Source of the DNA: an uncultured Thermoleophilia bacterium
GTDB taxonomy: Bacteria; Actinomycetota; Thermoleophilia; UBA2241
Reading direction: 5' to 3'
Length of the DNA stretch: 64,000 nt
Assembly (NCBI GenBank): GCA_963747935.1
Contig: CAVVGY010000010.1
Coordinates: forward strand, 131,951 to 195,950
The notes under the pieces: model-generated
What the model saw: the letters and a program-made list of their open reading frames with translations, nothing else
What the model was told of the DNA's origin: nothing
The model's database searches: none
Made by a program: the position numbers and the translations under genes
In this document: positions 27,491-38,711 of the stretch, piece after piece
How the letters are laid out: every line of letters begins with the position of its first letter
How positions within the stretch are numbered: position 1 is the first letter of the stretch

Positions 27491-29080
27491 TCACTCCGGC
27501 GGCAGCTCGCCGAACGTGATGCTGACGTCGATGCCCTGCTTCTTGCTCCTGGCCTTCCAGACGAAGTACCAGATGATGCCCGCCGCCCACGCGCCGACGA
27601 ACAGGATGACGCTCTTGCCCGTGGTGAGGCGAGTGGTGGGCTCGATGAACGAGTAGTAGAGCATCGCGACGATGAACGCGAGGTACAACACCGCCCCGAT
27701 GCTGATGATGGGCACCCGGCCGATCTTCCAGGTCCTGTACGGCGACGCCTCCCAGATGCCGCGCACGTTCTTGCGGAACGGGAACAGGAAGGCCGCGATG
27801 CCGGTGATGAGGAACACCGAGGCGAACTGCAGCCCACCGCCGACCAGGCCGGCGAGCGACGAGCTGAACCACAGGACCATGGCGATCACGCCGACCCCGA
27901 AGATGACGGCCACCACGACGAGGTTCTTGAACGGCTGCGCGAACTGCGGGCTCACGTCCGTGAACCACTTCGGTCCCATGCGGTCGAGACCCCAGGACAG
28001 CCAGGCGCGGCCGACGATCAGGATGGCGATGGTGATCTCCAGCCAGATGACGGCGATGAACGCCAGCACGATCGCCCAGGCCACGATGCCGTTCTTGCCG
28101 CTGGCGATCCAGGTGAGCGTGAGGTAGTCGGGGCTGTACGGGGCCGTGTAGCCGGGCACGCCCGCGCCGAAGCTCTGTGCGGCCGAGGCGCTCAGGAAGT
28201 TGAACGCCAGGATGCGGTAGAGGCCGACCACGGTGAGGAACCCGAGCACGATCGGCGTCCACACGGCGAGGACGTTGGCGCCGAGGAGAGCCTTGTCCGG
28301 GCGCTTGACCTCGCCGCTGAGGTACGCGATCGCGTAGTTGTAGACGAACAACGCGTAGACGCCGCTGAAGGCGCCGAACGTGCCGCGCCAGTCCCAGCTG
28401 TCCGGCAGCGGACCGGCGGCCTGGATGAACTGGTCGTAGCTGAGCGACTTGTACTGGACGGCGATCGCGTTCCAGTTGTGGATGAAGTCGGCCTTGCTGC
28501 TGAGGAAGAGCGCGATGATCAGCACGATCACGCCGCCGATGGCGGGGATGAGCATGATCTTCTGGATCAGCGCGTAGCTCTTCATGCTGAAGGCGACGGA
28601 GACGAAGCCCACGATGACGGCGATGAGGCCGAGCACCACGAGGCCGGTGTTGGAGGCGCACCAGTCGGCGAAGCTCCACAGGCCCATGTACTGGGCCCAA
28701 AGCTGCAGGGCGGGCACGCCGAGCCACGTGGCGATGTACCAGTTCCAGTAGAAGATGGCGATGATGTTGCAGAACACCGCGCCCAGAGCGATGGCGGGGT
28801 GCAAGATGCGCGAGTTGTAGACGTACTCGCCGCCGGCGCGCGGCATGGAACCGCTGAGGATGCCCCAGACGAGAGGCGCGCCGATACCGGCGGTGACGGC
28901 GCCGATGGCGATCGAGATGAGCAGGTTGCCGGTCGGGTAGAGCGAGAGAGCGATACCCACCATGAGCCACAGCGTGGCGATCGGCTGGCAGGTCATCAGT
29001 CCGGCGCCGAACGCGTCCCACATGTCGAGACCGCGCACGAGACCGCTGGCTTTGCGTGCAAAGACGAGATCTTCGGCCAT
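27491..29080 (-). CDS. APC-family amino-acid permease
   Basis: 529 aa with about 12 predicted transmembrane helices and N-terminal MAEDLVFARKASGL. Confidence 0.8.
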   Translation of the reverse strand: MAEDLVFARKASGLVRGLDMWDAFGAGLMTCQPIATLWLMVGIALSLYPTGNLLISIAIGAVTAGIGAPLVWGILSGSMPRAGGEYVYNSRILHPAIALGAVFCNIIAIFYWNWYIATWLGVPALQLWAQYMGLWSFADWCASNTGLVVLGLIAVIVGFVSVAFSMKSYALIQKIMLIPAIGGVIVLIIALFLSSKADFIHNWNAIAVQYKSLSYDQFIQAAGPLPDSWDWRGTFGAFSGVYALFVYNYAIAYLSGEVKRPDKALLGANVLAVWTPIVLGFLTVVGLYRILAFNFLSASAAQSFGAGVPGYTAPYSPDYLTLTWIASGKNGIVAWAIVLAFIAVIWLEITIAILIVGRAWLSWGLDRMGPKWFTDVSPQFAQPFKNLVVVAVIFGVGVIAMVLWFSSSLAGLVGGGLQFASVFLITGIAAFLFPFRKNVRGIWEASPYRTWKIGRVPIISIGAVLYLAFIVAMLYYSFIEPTTRLTTGKSVILFVGAWAAGIIWYFVWKARSKKQGIDVSITFGELPPE

Positions 29081-29282
29081 ACGTCCCCCTGGAATGACGT
29101 ACGTTGGTCGGTGCTACGAGCCGGCGCCGGATCCCCACCCGCGCGCCGTCCCTCGGCTCACACCATCGACCACCTCCTCCGTGCAGCCCGGCATGGCACC
29201 CAGGGTGCATAAGATGCGGAAGATCTCCTTAGGCGCATGCTACGGCCATGCGTGGACGTGTCAAGGCTGACACGCCATGATC

Positions 29283-30258
29283 TCAGCGGACGCGGAAGGC
29301 CGCCCAGGCGGAGACGGCGCCGGGGACCGAGGCCCGTGCCCGGAACGCGCCGGCCGAGCGCGGCCGGTACGGCCACCCGTAGGCGCCGGTGGCGCCGGTC
29401 GCGCGCAACGAGCTCGCCGCGGTCCTCCAAGCGCCTTTGACGCGGCGCTGCACGACGACCCGCACCTGCGCCGCGGCGCCGGCCGGCGTCAGCCGGCCGG
29501 TGAGCTGCACGCGGCGACCCAGCTTGAGCACGCTCTGCGATGCCGCGAGCGTGACGGCCGGCGGCAGCGGAGGCTCCGGCCGCAGGACGACGAAGCCGGC
29601 GGCGCTCGTGGCCACACCGCCGGCGCTGAGCACCGTCACCGGGCCGGAGACGGCCGCCTCCGGCACGGTCGCGGCGATCACCACGTCTGATACGACGGCG
29701 AAGGAGGCGTTGACGCCGCCGAAGCGGACGATGGCCGCCCACGTGAACTTGGCACCCGTGAGCGTCACGCTCGCCCCGGGGGCCGCGGACGCCGGCGTCA
29801 CCGCGTCCAGGCGTGGAGCCGGCACCGTGTGGTGCGCGCTGCCGGCCGACTCCGCGGCGGACTTCGTGACGGAGTGGCACGTGGTGCAGCCGGAGGGCGC
29901 ACCGGCGTGAGCGGCGTGCCGGAACTCGGCGCCGCCGCGCAGGTGGCACGTCGAGAGGCAGGACGCATCTGAACGCGCCCAGTCCATGTCCTGGCCGGGG
30001 GCGTGGCATGTCCAGCACACCTCCGCCGGTGCGGACGAGCTGGTACCCGGAGTGACAGCTGAAGCAGACTTCGCTGACGGGCGTTCTCTTGGTGTGGGCG
30101 TTCTCGTGGCAGGTCTCGCAGTCGCTGATCCCGCCATGCTGGTAGGCCTCGTAGGCGCCTGCCGCACCGGGCGCCAGCACGAGGACGAAGAGGGCGAGCG
30201 CCGCGAAGACCGCGGCCGGCAGGTACCGGTGCGGCCGGCGCTGCGCTTCGTGTCTCAC
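29283..30258 (-). CDS. Secreted multiheme c-type cytochrome (about 5 CxxCH motifs) with a C-terminal Ig-like domain; apparent frameshift near 30030
   Basis: GTG start after GGAGAGAGAGG; signal peptide AAVFAALALFVLVLAPGAAGA. Motifs CETCH and CFSCH (N-terminal frame); CWTCH, CLSTCH and CTTCH (29283..30167 frame). Confidence 0.6.
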
Positions 30259-30405
30259 GTGAACCTCTCTCTCCTGCCGCTGTGTTCCCCGTACGGTCCG
30301 CGACCTGGGTGTGGTCACAGAGGTGGGGCCGCGGCGGGACGAAGTGTCCGCCGCGGCCCCGGTCCTGCCGGCCGGCGTCAAGTCGCCGGCCGTGTCTGCG
30401 TCAGC

Positions 30406-32646
30406 CTACCGCACGCACTTGATGGTGATCTTGGCGCTGTACAGATCCGTAGCGGCTGAACCGGAACGGACCCACTTCACCTTGTAGTTCTTGTAGGTCT
30501 TGGAGACCTTGAACGTGAAGGCGAAGTTGCCGGTGGCGTCCGAAAGCGTGGTACCGATGACGGTGGAGCCACGCATGAGGACGACCTTGGCGCCGGTCGC
30601 GGCGGACTTGTCGCCGTTGACGATACGGCCGGCCACGTGCCCGTTGTGGTTCTTCTTGACGGGCGACTTGGCGGCGGCGTGCGTGAAGTAGCCGCCGACC
30701 GAGCGAGCTTCCTGCTCGGCCTTGCGCAGGCCGGCCATGATGTACCGCGGGTTGTGGACGCTACCGGAGGCGTCGTTCTCGTACGCCTTGTAGTTCCACG
30801 TCGCGCGGCCGACGAGCACGTAGCCCGGCTTGGAGCTGTCGGTGGCGGAGAACTCGCTCTTGGTCTTGGCCGTGGTGATGGCCGCGACCACAGCGGCAGC
30901 CTGCTCTTCAGCAGCCGTCTGCCACTCGTCGATGTTCGCCTGCAGCTCGTCGCGCGTGCGGCTCGGATGGCAGGTGGAGCAGGAGTCCTGACCGGCCGTG
31001 TACTTGGCCTCGGCCTGCCACTTCTCGGCGTCGCCCGGAAGCATCGGCTTCATGCCGTGCGAGATGCGGGTCTCGGCCTTGTTGGTCTTGGGCATGTGGC
31101 AGTCTTCGCACGCCGCGCCCGGCATGTACTCGTTGCCGTTGGCAACGTCCACATGACGCTGCGGGCGTGCAGGTTCTCGCGCTGCGGGTGGCTCGCGCCG
31201 CCGTGGGCGGAGAGGTCGGCCATCGGCACCGGGTTCGGGGTGGTGCCGAGGACTTCCATCTGCCAGTTGTGGCAGTCCTCGCAGATGCTCTGGTTGGAGA
31301 CGGTGAGGCCCTTGGCGCTGCGCTCGCCGGCCTGGTCGGGCTCGCGGACGACGTCTTCGGAGCCGACTGCGGACGGGTGACCGTTGTGGCAGGTGATGCA
31401 CTCCTGGCCCATCTTGCCGACGTTGTCCTTGGTCAGGACGAAGTCCTGGGCGATCGGGTCGCCCTTGGACTGCAGGTAGCCCTCGCCGGTGTGGCACTTG
31501 TAGCAACCGGGCAGTATTGGCGTCGAACATGTTGTTCGAGTAGTGGCCGTTGCCCGCCGCCTGGAACGCCATCGCGTCCGGGTCGGTCGTCGTGAGGCCG
31601 CGCGGTAGGAGTGCGCGGAGGCCGCCCACTCGTTGTAGTAGTAGTGGTTGCCCTTGGCGTTGCTGCCGTTCGGGATACATCCAGTAGGTCGTCGGTGCGA
31701 GAGCGAACTCGTCCTCCGACGGGATCTTGGTGTACGACTGGCCACCGCTCGACGCCGTTGATGTCGACGAAGTCGCGCATCTTCAGGTTGGTGGTGTAGC
31801 CGTAGATGCCGAGCGTGGTGCCCAGGTTGGTGTAGCTGCCGTGGCACTGGCCGCAGACCTGGGACTGGCCCAGGACGTCGAGGCTGCCGGAGATGTTCAC
31901 GTTGGTGTTGGTGTGGCCGTTCACGGCGTCGTACTGGCCGGTGCCGTGGCACTGCTCGCACTGGATGCCGAGGCCGGGGTACGAGACGGTCGGCGTCGGT
32001 CATGAAGTCGTTGACCGTCTTGGACTCGTCACGCGCCCACTGCACGCGGTGCCCGGCGTCGCCGCGACGGTCGCGGCGGGGTTCGGGACGGACTTGCCGG
32101 TGGCGCCCTTCATGGTCGGTGCCGAGCATGTGGCAGCGCTGGCAGCTGTAGGTCACGTCCCAGAGGCCCGTCGTCGCCGTCGCCGACGACCCACTCGCCG
32201 CTGGGCTCCCAGACGAGACCCTCGACGAGGTTCCACGGCATGACGGTCGGGATCGCTGGACTGCCGTTGAAGAACAGGTACTCGGTGGCGGATTGCCGGA
32301 TCGGCCGCGCCGAGCGTGACCCACGGAAGCTGTTGATGCTGTAGATGCCGCCCTGGGAGTAGACCTGGCCGGTGGCCGTAGGTCCGACCTGCGGGATGTC
32401 GCCGGCCGCGCTGAAGTTCGTCCAGTTGACGGGCGGCGCCGGGTTGACGCCGGCGGTCGCGAACGCGCCGTGGAGGGCGGACGTGACCTTGAGGTCGCCA
32501 GACATCTTGCTGTGGCAGTCGAGGCACTTCGCCTGGCCGGCGAAGTGCATGCCGTATTCGTTTGTGAGAGTCGCGGACGCCAGAGCTGGCAGCACGAGCA
32601 TGCCGATCAGGGCGACCACGAGCAGAATGAAGATCTTCTTCCCCAT
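30406..32646 (-). CDS. Large secreted multiheme c-type cytochrome (at least 8 CxxCH motifs) with a C-terminal carboxypeptidase-regulatory-like beta domain; several apparent frameshifts
   Basis: ATG at 32646 after GAAGAGGAG; signal peptide MGKKIFILLVVALIGMLVLPALASA. CLDCH, CQRCH, CGQCH, CYKCH, CITCH, CEDCH (twice) and CSTCH are spread over three frames. The C-terminus is GNFAFTFKVSKTYKNYKVKWV. Confidence 0.6.
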
Positions 32647-32986
32647 GGCTCCTCTTCGATGGTGAGACTGACGAGTGGTCGGGACGCCGCGCACCTCCTT
32701 GATCGTTCTCAGGGCCAGTGCCGCCGGAACGAGCGGGCGAGAGGCACTCAAACGAAGGCGCGCCGACGGTCGGCCGCGCGGTGCGCGGCCCCGGGCTTTG
32801 CTGTTGTCGAACGGCTCCTCCGAGTGAGGCCGGTCCCCTTGGAAGTCCCTACCGGCGACGCTCGTGCGTATCCTAGGGTGAAAGCCTTAGTGACGCAAGA
32901 CACAAGACCGGAGGGCGGACTAGGGTGTCCACCTGATGGGAACGCAGCACCGCGGTGGGGTCAGGGGCGGCGGCGCGGCGGCGACG

Positions 32987-33493
32987 TCAGACGGCCCGCC
33001 GCTCCAGTTCGCGCGCGAGCTGCTCTCCCCAGGCTCGCGCGCGTTCCGCCTCACCCTTCTTGAGGGGGCCCTGAGAGCCCTTGACGACGAACCCCTCCGG
33101 CTCGGCGATACCGACGTAGCCCTTGGTCTCGAGCAGCGACTGGATCTCGGGGGCGCCCTTGCCGAACGGACCGCGCACCTGGGTGTCGAACGCGGCCGCG
33201 CAGGCGCTGCCCGCCGGCAACGACGCCAGCCAGGTGCGCAGCAGCGGGCAGGAGAGGTCCGGGGCCGGGCCTCTGCCCGGGCTCTGGCGGATGCCCTCGC
33301 GCATCTTCTCCGACGACAGCTTGAAGCCGAACACGGGCGCGCCGGCGACGATGAGGCCGGCGCCCTCCACGTCCGCGGCCGTGACCTCGTCGGCGCGCAG
33401 GGCGCGGGCGCCCGGACCGAGCCCCTCGGCCACCGCCCGGGCCACCTCGGCCGTGTTGCCCCACAACGACTCGTACACCACGATCGCGTCCAT
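32987..33493 (-). CDS. Flavodoxin-like fold protein
   Basis: MDAIVVYESLWGNTAEVARAVAEGL… is a flavodoxin-type N-terminus. Confidence 0.6.
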   Translation of the reverse strand: MDAIVVYESLWGNTAEVARAVAEGLGPGARALRADEVTAADVEGAGLIVAGAPVFGFKLSSEKMREGIRQSPGRGPAPDLSCPLLRTWLASLPAGSACAAAFDTQVRGPFGKGAPEIQSLLETKGYVGIAEPEGFVVKGSQGPLKKGEAERARAWGEQLARELERRAV

Positions 33494-33635
33494 CTGCTCA
33501 CCCTCCCGGCTCCCGCGCGCCGCGCGGGCGGCCGACTCGCCCATCCCTGCGCCGATGGTACGACGCCGACGTCGCTTCGCGGTCGCGCGACAGGGGTAGT
33601 ACGACAGGCGAGACGATGATTCGCAAGGAGGGCAC

Positions 33636-36149
33636 GTGAGGGCGGATGAGGAGCGGCTGCGCGACGCGTCCTACGGCGCTGTGGACGTCGACCCTGCCGC
33701 GGCCGAGGGACTGCCCGCGCGTGCGCGGGCGGTCGTCGTCGGCGGCGGCATCATCGGCGCGTCGGTAGCGTTCCACCTCGCGCGGATGGGCTGGACCGAC
33801 ACCGTCCTGCTCGAGCGCAGCCGCGCCGGCAGCGGCACCAGCTGGCACGCCGCGGGCCTCATGACCCGCACCCGCGGCACTCACATGCAGACGGAGCTGG
33901 CGAGCTACAGCCGCGACTTCTACCGTGACCTCGCGGCGCTCTCCGGCGTCGACGTCGGGTACTACCCCAACGGCTCCCTCTCGGTCGCCCGCACGTCCGA
34001 GCGCCTGACGGAACTGCGGTACTCGCTGACGCTCGCGCGCCACCACGGCCTCCCGGCGCGCGAGCTCTCGCCCGACGAGATCGCCGCCGTCTCACCGCTT
34101 CTCAGGGTGGACGACCTGACGGGCGGCGTGCTCTTCGAGGAGGACGCCACGGTGAACCCAGGCTGGGCGGCCTGGGCGACGGCCAAGGCCGCCTCGGCCC
34201 ACGGCGTGCGCGTCGTCGAGGGCGTGCGAGTGACCGGCTTCCGGCTGCAGACCACGCCGTCCGGCCCCGCACGCGTGACCGCGGTCCAGACCGACCACGG
34301 CGACGTGGAGTGCGAGGTGGTCGTCCTCGCCGCCGGGCTGTGGACGCGCGAGCTCGCGCTGCTCGCCGGCGCGCGCGTCCCCCTGCACCCGTCGGAGCAC
34401 TACTGGGCGCAGACGGAGCCGATCGAAGGAGCCACGCGCGACCTGCCCATCATCCGCGACCTGGACGGATCCATCTACGTGCGGCACTACCGCGGCGGCC
34501 TGCTCGTCGGTGCGTTCGAGCCCGACGGGCGTCCCCGCCCGGCCGCATCGATCCCGGAGGACTTCTCGTTCGGCGAGTTCGAGCCGGACCTGGAGCACTT
34601 CGGCCGGCCGCTGGCCGCCGCCACCCGGCGCGTGCCGGCGCTCGCCGAGGCGCGCTTCGCACACTACCTGTGCGCGCCCGAGAGCTTCACGCCGGACGGC
34701 GGCTTCGTCCTCGGCGAGACCGGCGAGGTGGCGGGACTGTTCGTCGCGGCCGGCATGAACTCGCAGGGCATCATCCTCGGTCCCGGGGTCGGCCTCGCAC
34801 TGGCGCGCTGGATCGACGAGGGCGCGCCGTCCATCGACGCCGCCGAGGTGGACGTGCGCCGCTTCTCCCCCGCCCAGGCCAACGCCGGCTACTTGTTCGA
34901 ACGCACGCGTGAGTCGCTCGGCCGCCTCTACGCCATGCACTGGCCGTTCCGGCAGCCCGATTCGGCCAGAGGACTGCGCCGCGTACCGCTCTACGACCGC
35001 CTCGCCGCGGCCGACGCCGTGTTCGGCGAGGCGGCCGGCTGGGAGCGCGCCGACTGGTACGCGCGCCCGGGGGACCGCCCGGACTACGAGTACTCCTACG
35101 GCCGCCAGAACTGGTTCGACGCCGTCGCCGAGGAGCACCGCGCCGCCCGCGAGGGCGTAGCGCTGTTCGACCTCTCCTCGTTCGCCAAGCTGCGCGTGGA
35201 GGGACCCGCCGCGCTGGCCTCCCTGCAGCGCGTCTTCACCGCCGACCTGGACCGCCCGCCGGGGGCCGTGGTGTACACGTCCCTGCTCAACGCGCGCGGC
35301 GGCGTGGAACTGGACGCGACCGTCACGCGACTGGACGAGGGCGCGTTCCTCGTGGTCACGTCGGCGGCGGCGCAGGCCAAGGCGTTCCACTGGCTGCGCC
35401 GCTACGCCGGGCCGGCGGTCGTCACCGACGTCACCTCCGGCCTGGCCGTGCTCTCGGTGGCCGGCCCGCGCTCGCGCGAGCTGCTCGCGGGCCTCACGGA
35501 CGCCTCGCTCGCCGACGCGGACTTCCCCTTCGGCCGGGCGCGGACCATGGACGTCGGCTGGGCGACCGTGCTCGCCCTCCGCGTGTCGTTCACCGGCGAG
35601 CTCGGCTGGGAGTTGTACGCGCCGGTGGAGTCGGCGCCCGCCCTCTACGACCAGCTGGTCGAGGCCGGGCGGGCCCACGGGCTGCGCCACGCCGGCTACC
35701 TCGCCCTTGACGGCCTGCGCGCGGAGAAGGGCTACATCCACTGGGGCGCCGACGCCGGACCGGCCGACACGCCGGACGAGGCCGGCCTCTCGGCGACGGT
35801 CGCCCTGGACAAGCCCGGTGGGTTCATCGGCCGCGAGGCGCTGGCCGCCGCCGGGCCTCCGCGCCGCCACCTCGTGCCGGTGCTGCTCGACGACCCGGAG
35901 CCGCTCCTCTACCACGGCGAGACCGTGCTGCAGGGCGGCCGTATCGTCGGCCGCGTCACATCCGGCGCCTACGGTCACACGCTCGGCGCCGCCGTCGGTC
36001 TTGCGGCCTTGGACGGCGAGCCGGCCGCTGTGGACGAGATCGTCGCAGGCGGCGCGGTGGAGGTCGAGATCGCCGCCCGTCGCTACCCCGCCCGCCTGAG
36101 CGGCCGTCCGTTCTACGACCCGGACGGCCGCCGCCTCCGCGGCCACTGA
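33636..36149 (+). CDS. Dimethylglycine/sarcosine dehydrogenase-family enzyme (FAD-dependent oxidase domain plus GcvT-like folate-binding aminomethyltransferase C-terminus)
   Basis: 837 aa. FAD motif VVVGGGIIGASVAFHLA at the N-terminus and a GcvT-like C-terminal half. Confidence 0.8.
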   Translation: MRADEERLRDASYGAVDVDPAAAEGLPARARAVVVGGGIIGASVAFHLARMGWTDTVLLERSRAGSGTSWHAAGLMTRTRGTHMQTELASYSRDFYRDLAALSGVDVGYYPNGSLSVARTSERLTELRYSLTLARHHGLPARELSPDEIAAVSPLLRVDDLTGGVLFEEDATVNPGWAAWATAKAASAHGVRVVEGVRVTGFRLQTTPSGPARVTAVQTDHGDVECEVVVLAAGLWTRELALLAGARVPLHPSEHYWAQTEPIEGATRDLPIIRDLDGSIYVRHYRGGLLVGAFEPDGRPRPAASIPEDFSFGEFEPDLEHFGRPLAAATRRVPALAEARFAHYLCAPESFTPDGGFVLGETGEVAGLFVAAGMNSQGIILGPGVGLALARWIDEGAPSIDAAEVDVRRFSPAQANAGYLFERTRESLGRLYAMHWPFRQPDSARGLRRVPLYDRLAAADAVFGEAAGWERADWYARPGDRPDYEYSYGRQNWFDAVAEEHRAAREGVALFDLSSFAKLRVEGPAALASLQRVFTADLDRPPGAVVYTSLLNARGGVELDATVTRLDEGAFLVVTSAAAQAKAFHWLRRYAGPAVVTDVTSGLAVLSVAGPRSRELLAGLTDASLADADFPFGRARTMDVGWATVLALRVSFTGELGWELYAPVESAPALYDQLVEAGRAHGLRHAGYLALDGLRAEKGYIHWGADAGPADTPDEAGLSATVALDKPGGFIGREALAAAGPPRRHLVPVLLDDPEPLLYHGETVLQGGRIVGRVTSGAYGHTLGAAVGLAALDGEPAAVDEIVAGGAVEVEIAARRYPARLSGRPFYDPDGRRLRGH

Positions 36150-36237
36150 GCGCGGAGCGCCAGGGCAGAGCGCGGCGGCGCCTGAGCGCGGCGCAGCGGC
36201 GACATCCATCCGCGAGTGGGTCCGGCCCCGGGGGATT

Positions 36238-36348
36238 GAGGTATGTGCGATGCGGTCACGTACCTCCAGGCGTACGTGCAGGAGCCCCATGGGACGTCCG
36301 GACGTACGCCTGGACGTACTCCGCCCCGACGCACTACCTTCTCGCCGG
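36238..36348. repeat. Repeat family A copy 3
   Basis: GAGGTATGTGCGATGCGGTCACGTACCTCCAGGCGTACGTGCAGGAGCCCCATGGGACGTCCGGACGTACGCCTGGACGTAC…ACGCACTACCTTCTCGCCGG. Confidence 0.7.
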
Positions 36349-36425
36349 CAGAGGCGAGGCGCATCGTCTCGACGCCCTATCCCTTCCCTCAGGCGGTTCT
36401 CAGGCATTCGTCATAGGATGACCGC

Positions 36426-37607
36426 GTGCGGCAGAGACTCTTCAAGCTGTGGGCCTCGCGCCGGGCGGCAGTGGTCCCGGCGGCGTGCGTCGCTCTGGGG
36501 GCGGCGTGCCTGCTCGTGGCCGCCGTCACCGGCGCCGGGGACCTCGCGAGCGCGCTGGCGCAGACATCCACCGTGTCACCGTCGCCGTCGCCGTCGCCGT
36601 CCGCCTCTCCTGGCGTCAGCGAGACGCTCACCACCACAGTGCTGGGTGCGGTCAGCGTGCACAGCGGGCAGACGGCGCGCGTCCGCTACCGCGCCGACGA
36701 CACGGCCGGTGGCGACGTGACGGTGGACCTGCTCGTGACCACAAGGACCGGAGAGACCCGGCGCCGGCTGGTCAGCGGACGGGTCGTCCGGGCGGGGACG
36801 GAGCAGGTCTGGCGCGGCCGGCTGCGCCTGCGGCCCGGCCGCTACCTGCTGGTCGCGCATGCCACCGACGCGGCGGGCCGAGCAGAGGCGAGCGCGCAGA
36901 CGGCCGGGCTGCGCGTGCTGCAGCCCCTGCCGCCGCTCATCCCCACCGCCCGGGCTCGGCGCGCCGCGTTCGCCTGGGCGGCCGGCCGGTCCGGCGAGGT
37001 GGGCGTCGCAGTGGTCGACAGCCGCGGCCGACTGTACGGATATCACGCCACGCAGCCGTTCATCACGGCGAGCACCGTCAAGGCCATGCTCCTGGTCGCG
37101 TACCTGCGCCGCCACAGCACGGTCTCCGACGGCATGCGCGCGACGCTGACGCGCATGATCACGGTGTCCGACAACGCCTCGGCCGACGCGGTCTACGCGA
37201 GCGTCGGCCGCGACGGCCTCAAGCGCCTTGCCCGTCACGCGCGCATGTCGAGCTTCCGCACGAGCAGCGGCTGGATCCTTTGCCACGTGAGCGCCGCCGA
37301 CATGGCCCGGTTCTTCCGCGATATGGAGCGGTACGTCCCGCGCGGCCATCGCCGCTTCGCCAACCACCTGCTCTCGTCGATCGTGTCGTACCAGTCGTGG
37401 GGCATCCCCGCCGTCGCCCGGCCGCTCGGGTACCACGTGTACTTCAAGGCCGGCTGGCTCGGCGCCTGGACGCTGGCGAGCGAGGCGGCGCGCCTGGAGA
37501 AGGGACGCGTGCGCATCGGCGTCGCCGTGTTCACCGACCACAATGCGCCCGGCGACTACGGCAAGGAGACGGTGGCCGGCGTCGCGGCGCGGCTGCTCCG
37601 CCGCTGA
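36426..37607 (+). CDS. Secreted class A beta-lactamase-like serine hydrolase with an N-terminal Ser/Pro linker and an Ig-like domain
   Basis: Signal peptide. Motifs S-T-V-K (ITASTVKAML), S-D-N (VSDNASA) and KAG in class-A spacing. Confidence 0.6.
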   Translation: MRQRLFKLWASRRAAVVPAACVALGAACLLVAAVTGAGDLASALAQTSTVSPSPSPSPSASPGVSETLTTTVLGAVSVHSGQTARVRYRADDTAGGDVTVDLLVTTRTGETRRRLVSGRVVRAGTEQVWRGRLRLRPGRYLLVAHATDAAGRAEASAQTAGLRVLQPLPPLIPTARARRAAFAWAAGRSGEVGVAVVDSRGRLYGYHATQPFITASTVKAMLLVAYLRRHSTVSDGMRATLTRMITVSDNASADAVYASVGRDGLKRLARHARMSSFRTSSGWILCHVSAADMARFFRDMERYVPRGHRRFANHLLSSIVSYQSWGIPAVARPLGYHVYFKAGWLGAWTLASEAARLEKGRVRIGVAVFTDHNAPGDYGKETVAGVAARLLRR

Positions 37608-37670
37608 GGGTACGGCCGGCCCGGCGGCGGCCGGTGAACGGCCGATCCGGGCCAGGCCTGGCCGTCAGGT

Positions 37671-38711
37671 TCAGGCGGCGAGGCCGCGGTGGCCGTTGCG
37701 CTCGTCGGAGCGGGCGCGGACCTCGTTGGGCGAGCGCCGGTCCTGAGCGAAGTCGCTCACGTTGCCGAGGGTGGTGCGGGCGATCTGCTCGAGCGCCTCG
37801 CGCGTGAAGAACCCCTGGTGGCTGGTGACGATGACGTTGGGGAACGTCAGCAGCCGCGAGAGCTCGTCGTCGTCGATCAGGCGGCTGGAGTAGTCCTCGT
37901 AGAAGTACCGGGCCTCCTCCTCGTACACGTCCAGACCGAGGTGGCCGATCTGCCCGGACTTGAGCCCGTCGATGACGGCGCCGGTGTCGATGAGCCCGCC
38001 TCTGCTCGTGTTGATGAGCATGACGCCGGGCTTCATGCCGGCGACGCTGCCACGGTCGATGAGGTGGTGCGTCTCCGGCGTGAGCGGGCAGTGGAGACTC
38101 ACGAGGTCCGACGACCGGAAGAGCTCGTCCAGGCCCACGTACTCGACCCCCAGGTGCTCGAGGCGCTCGCTGGGGAACAGGTCGTGGGCCAGCACGCGGC
38201 AGCCGAACCCGCGGAGGAGCGTCTCGGCGACGATGCCACCGATCTTGCCGGTGCCGACGATCCCGGCCGTCTTGCCGTGGAGGTCGAACCCGAGGAGGCC
38301 CTGGAGCGAGAAGTTGCCCTCGCGCACGTGGGTGTACGCGCGCGAGAGGTGACGGTTGAGCGCCAGGGCCAGGGCGATGGTGAACTCCGCCACGGCGTAC
38401 GGCGAGTAGTCGGGCACGTGCATCACGGTGAGGCCGAGTTCGGCGGCGGCGCCGAGGTCGACGTTGTTGAACCCGGCGGACCGGAGCGCGATGAGGCGCG
38501 TGCCGTGGGCGGCCAGTTCGGACAGCACGGGCCGCCCGAGGTCGTCGTTGACGAACGCGCAGACCGCCGGAGAGCCGTGCGCCAGCGGCGCCGTGGCCGG
38601 CTCGAGCCGCGCGTCGAAGAAGACGAGCTCATGGCCCTGGCCCGGCTCGTCGTTGACGCGCTCGAGGAAGTGGCGGTCGTAGGGCTTGGTGCTGAAGACC
38701 GAGACTCTCAC
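37671..38711 (-). CDS. D-isomer-specific 2-hydroxyacid dehydrogenase (D-lactate dehydrogenase-like)
   Basis: GTG start (VRVSVFSTKPYDRHFLE). NAD-binding GIVGTGKIGG and the catalytic RGGLIDT…H region. Confidence 0.75.
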   Translation of the reverse strand: MRVSVFSTKPYDRHFLERVNDEPGQGHELVFFDARLEPATAPLAHGSPAVCAFVNDDLGRPVLSELAAHGTRLIALRSAGFNNVDLGAAAELGLTVMHVPDYSPYAVAEFTIALALALNRHLSRAYTHVREGNFSLQGLLGFDLHGKTAGIVGTGKIGGIVAETLLRGFGCRVLAHDLFPSERLEHLGVEYVGLDELFRSSDLVSLHCPLTPETHHLIDRGSVAGMKPGVMLINTSRGGLIDTGAVIDGLKSGQIGHLGLDVYEEEARYFYEDYSSRLIDDDELSRLLTFPNVIVTSHQGFFTREALEQIARTTLGNVSDFAQDRRSPNEVRARSDERNGHRGLAA

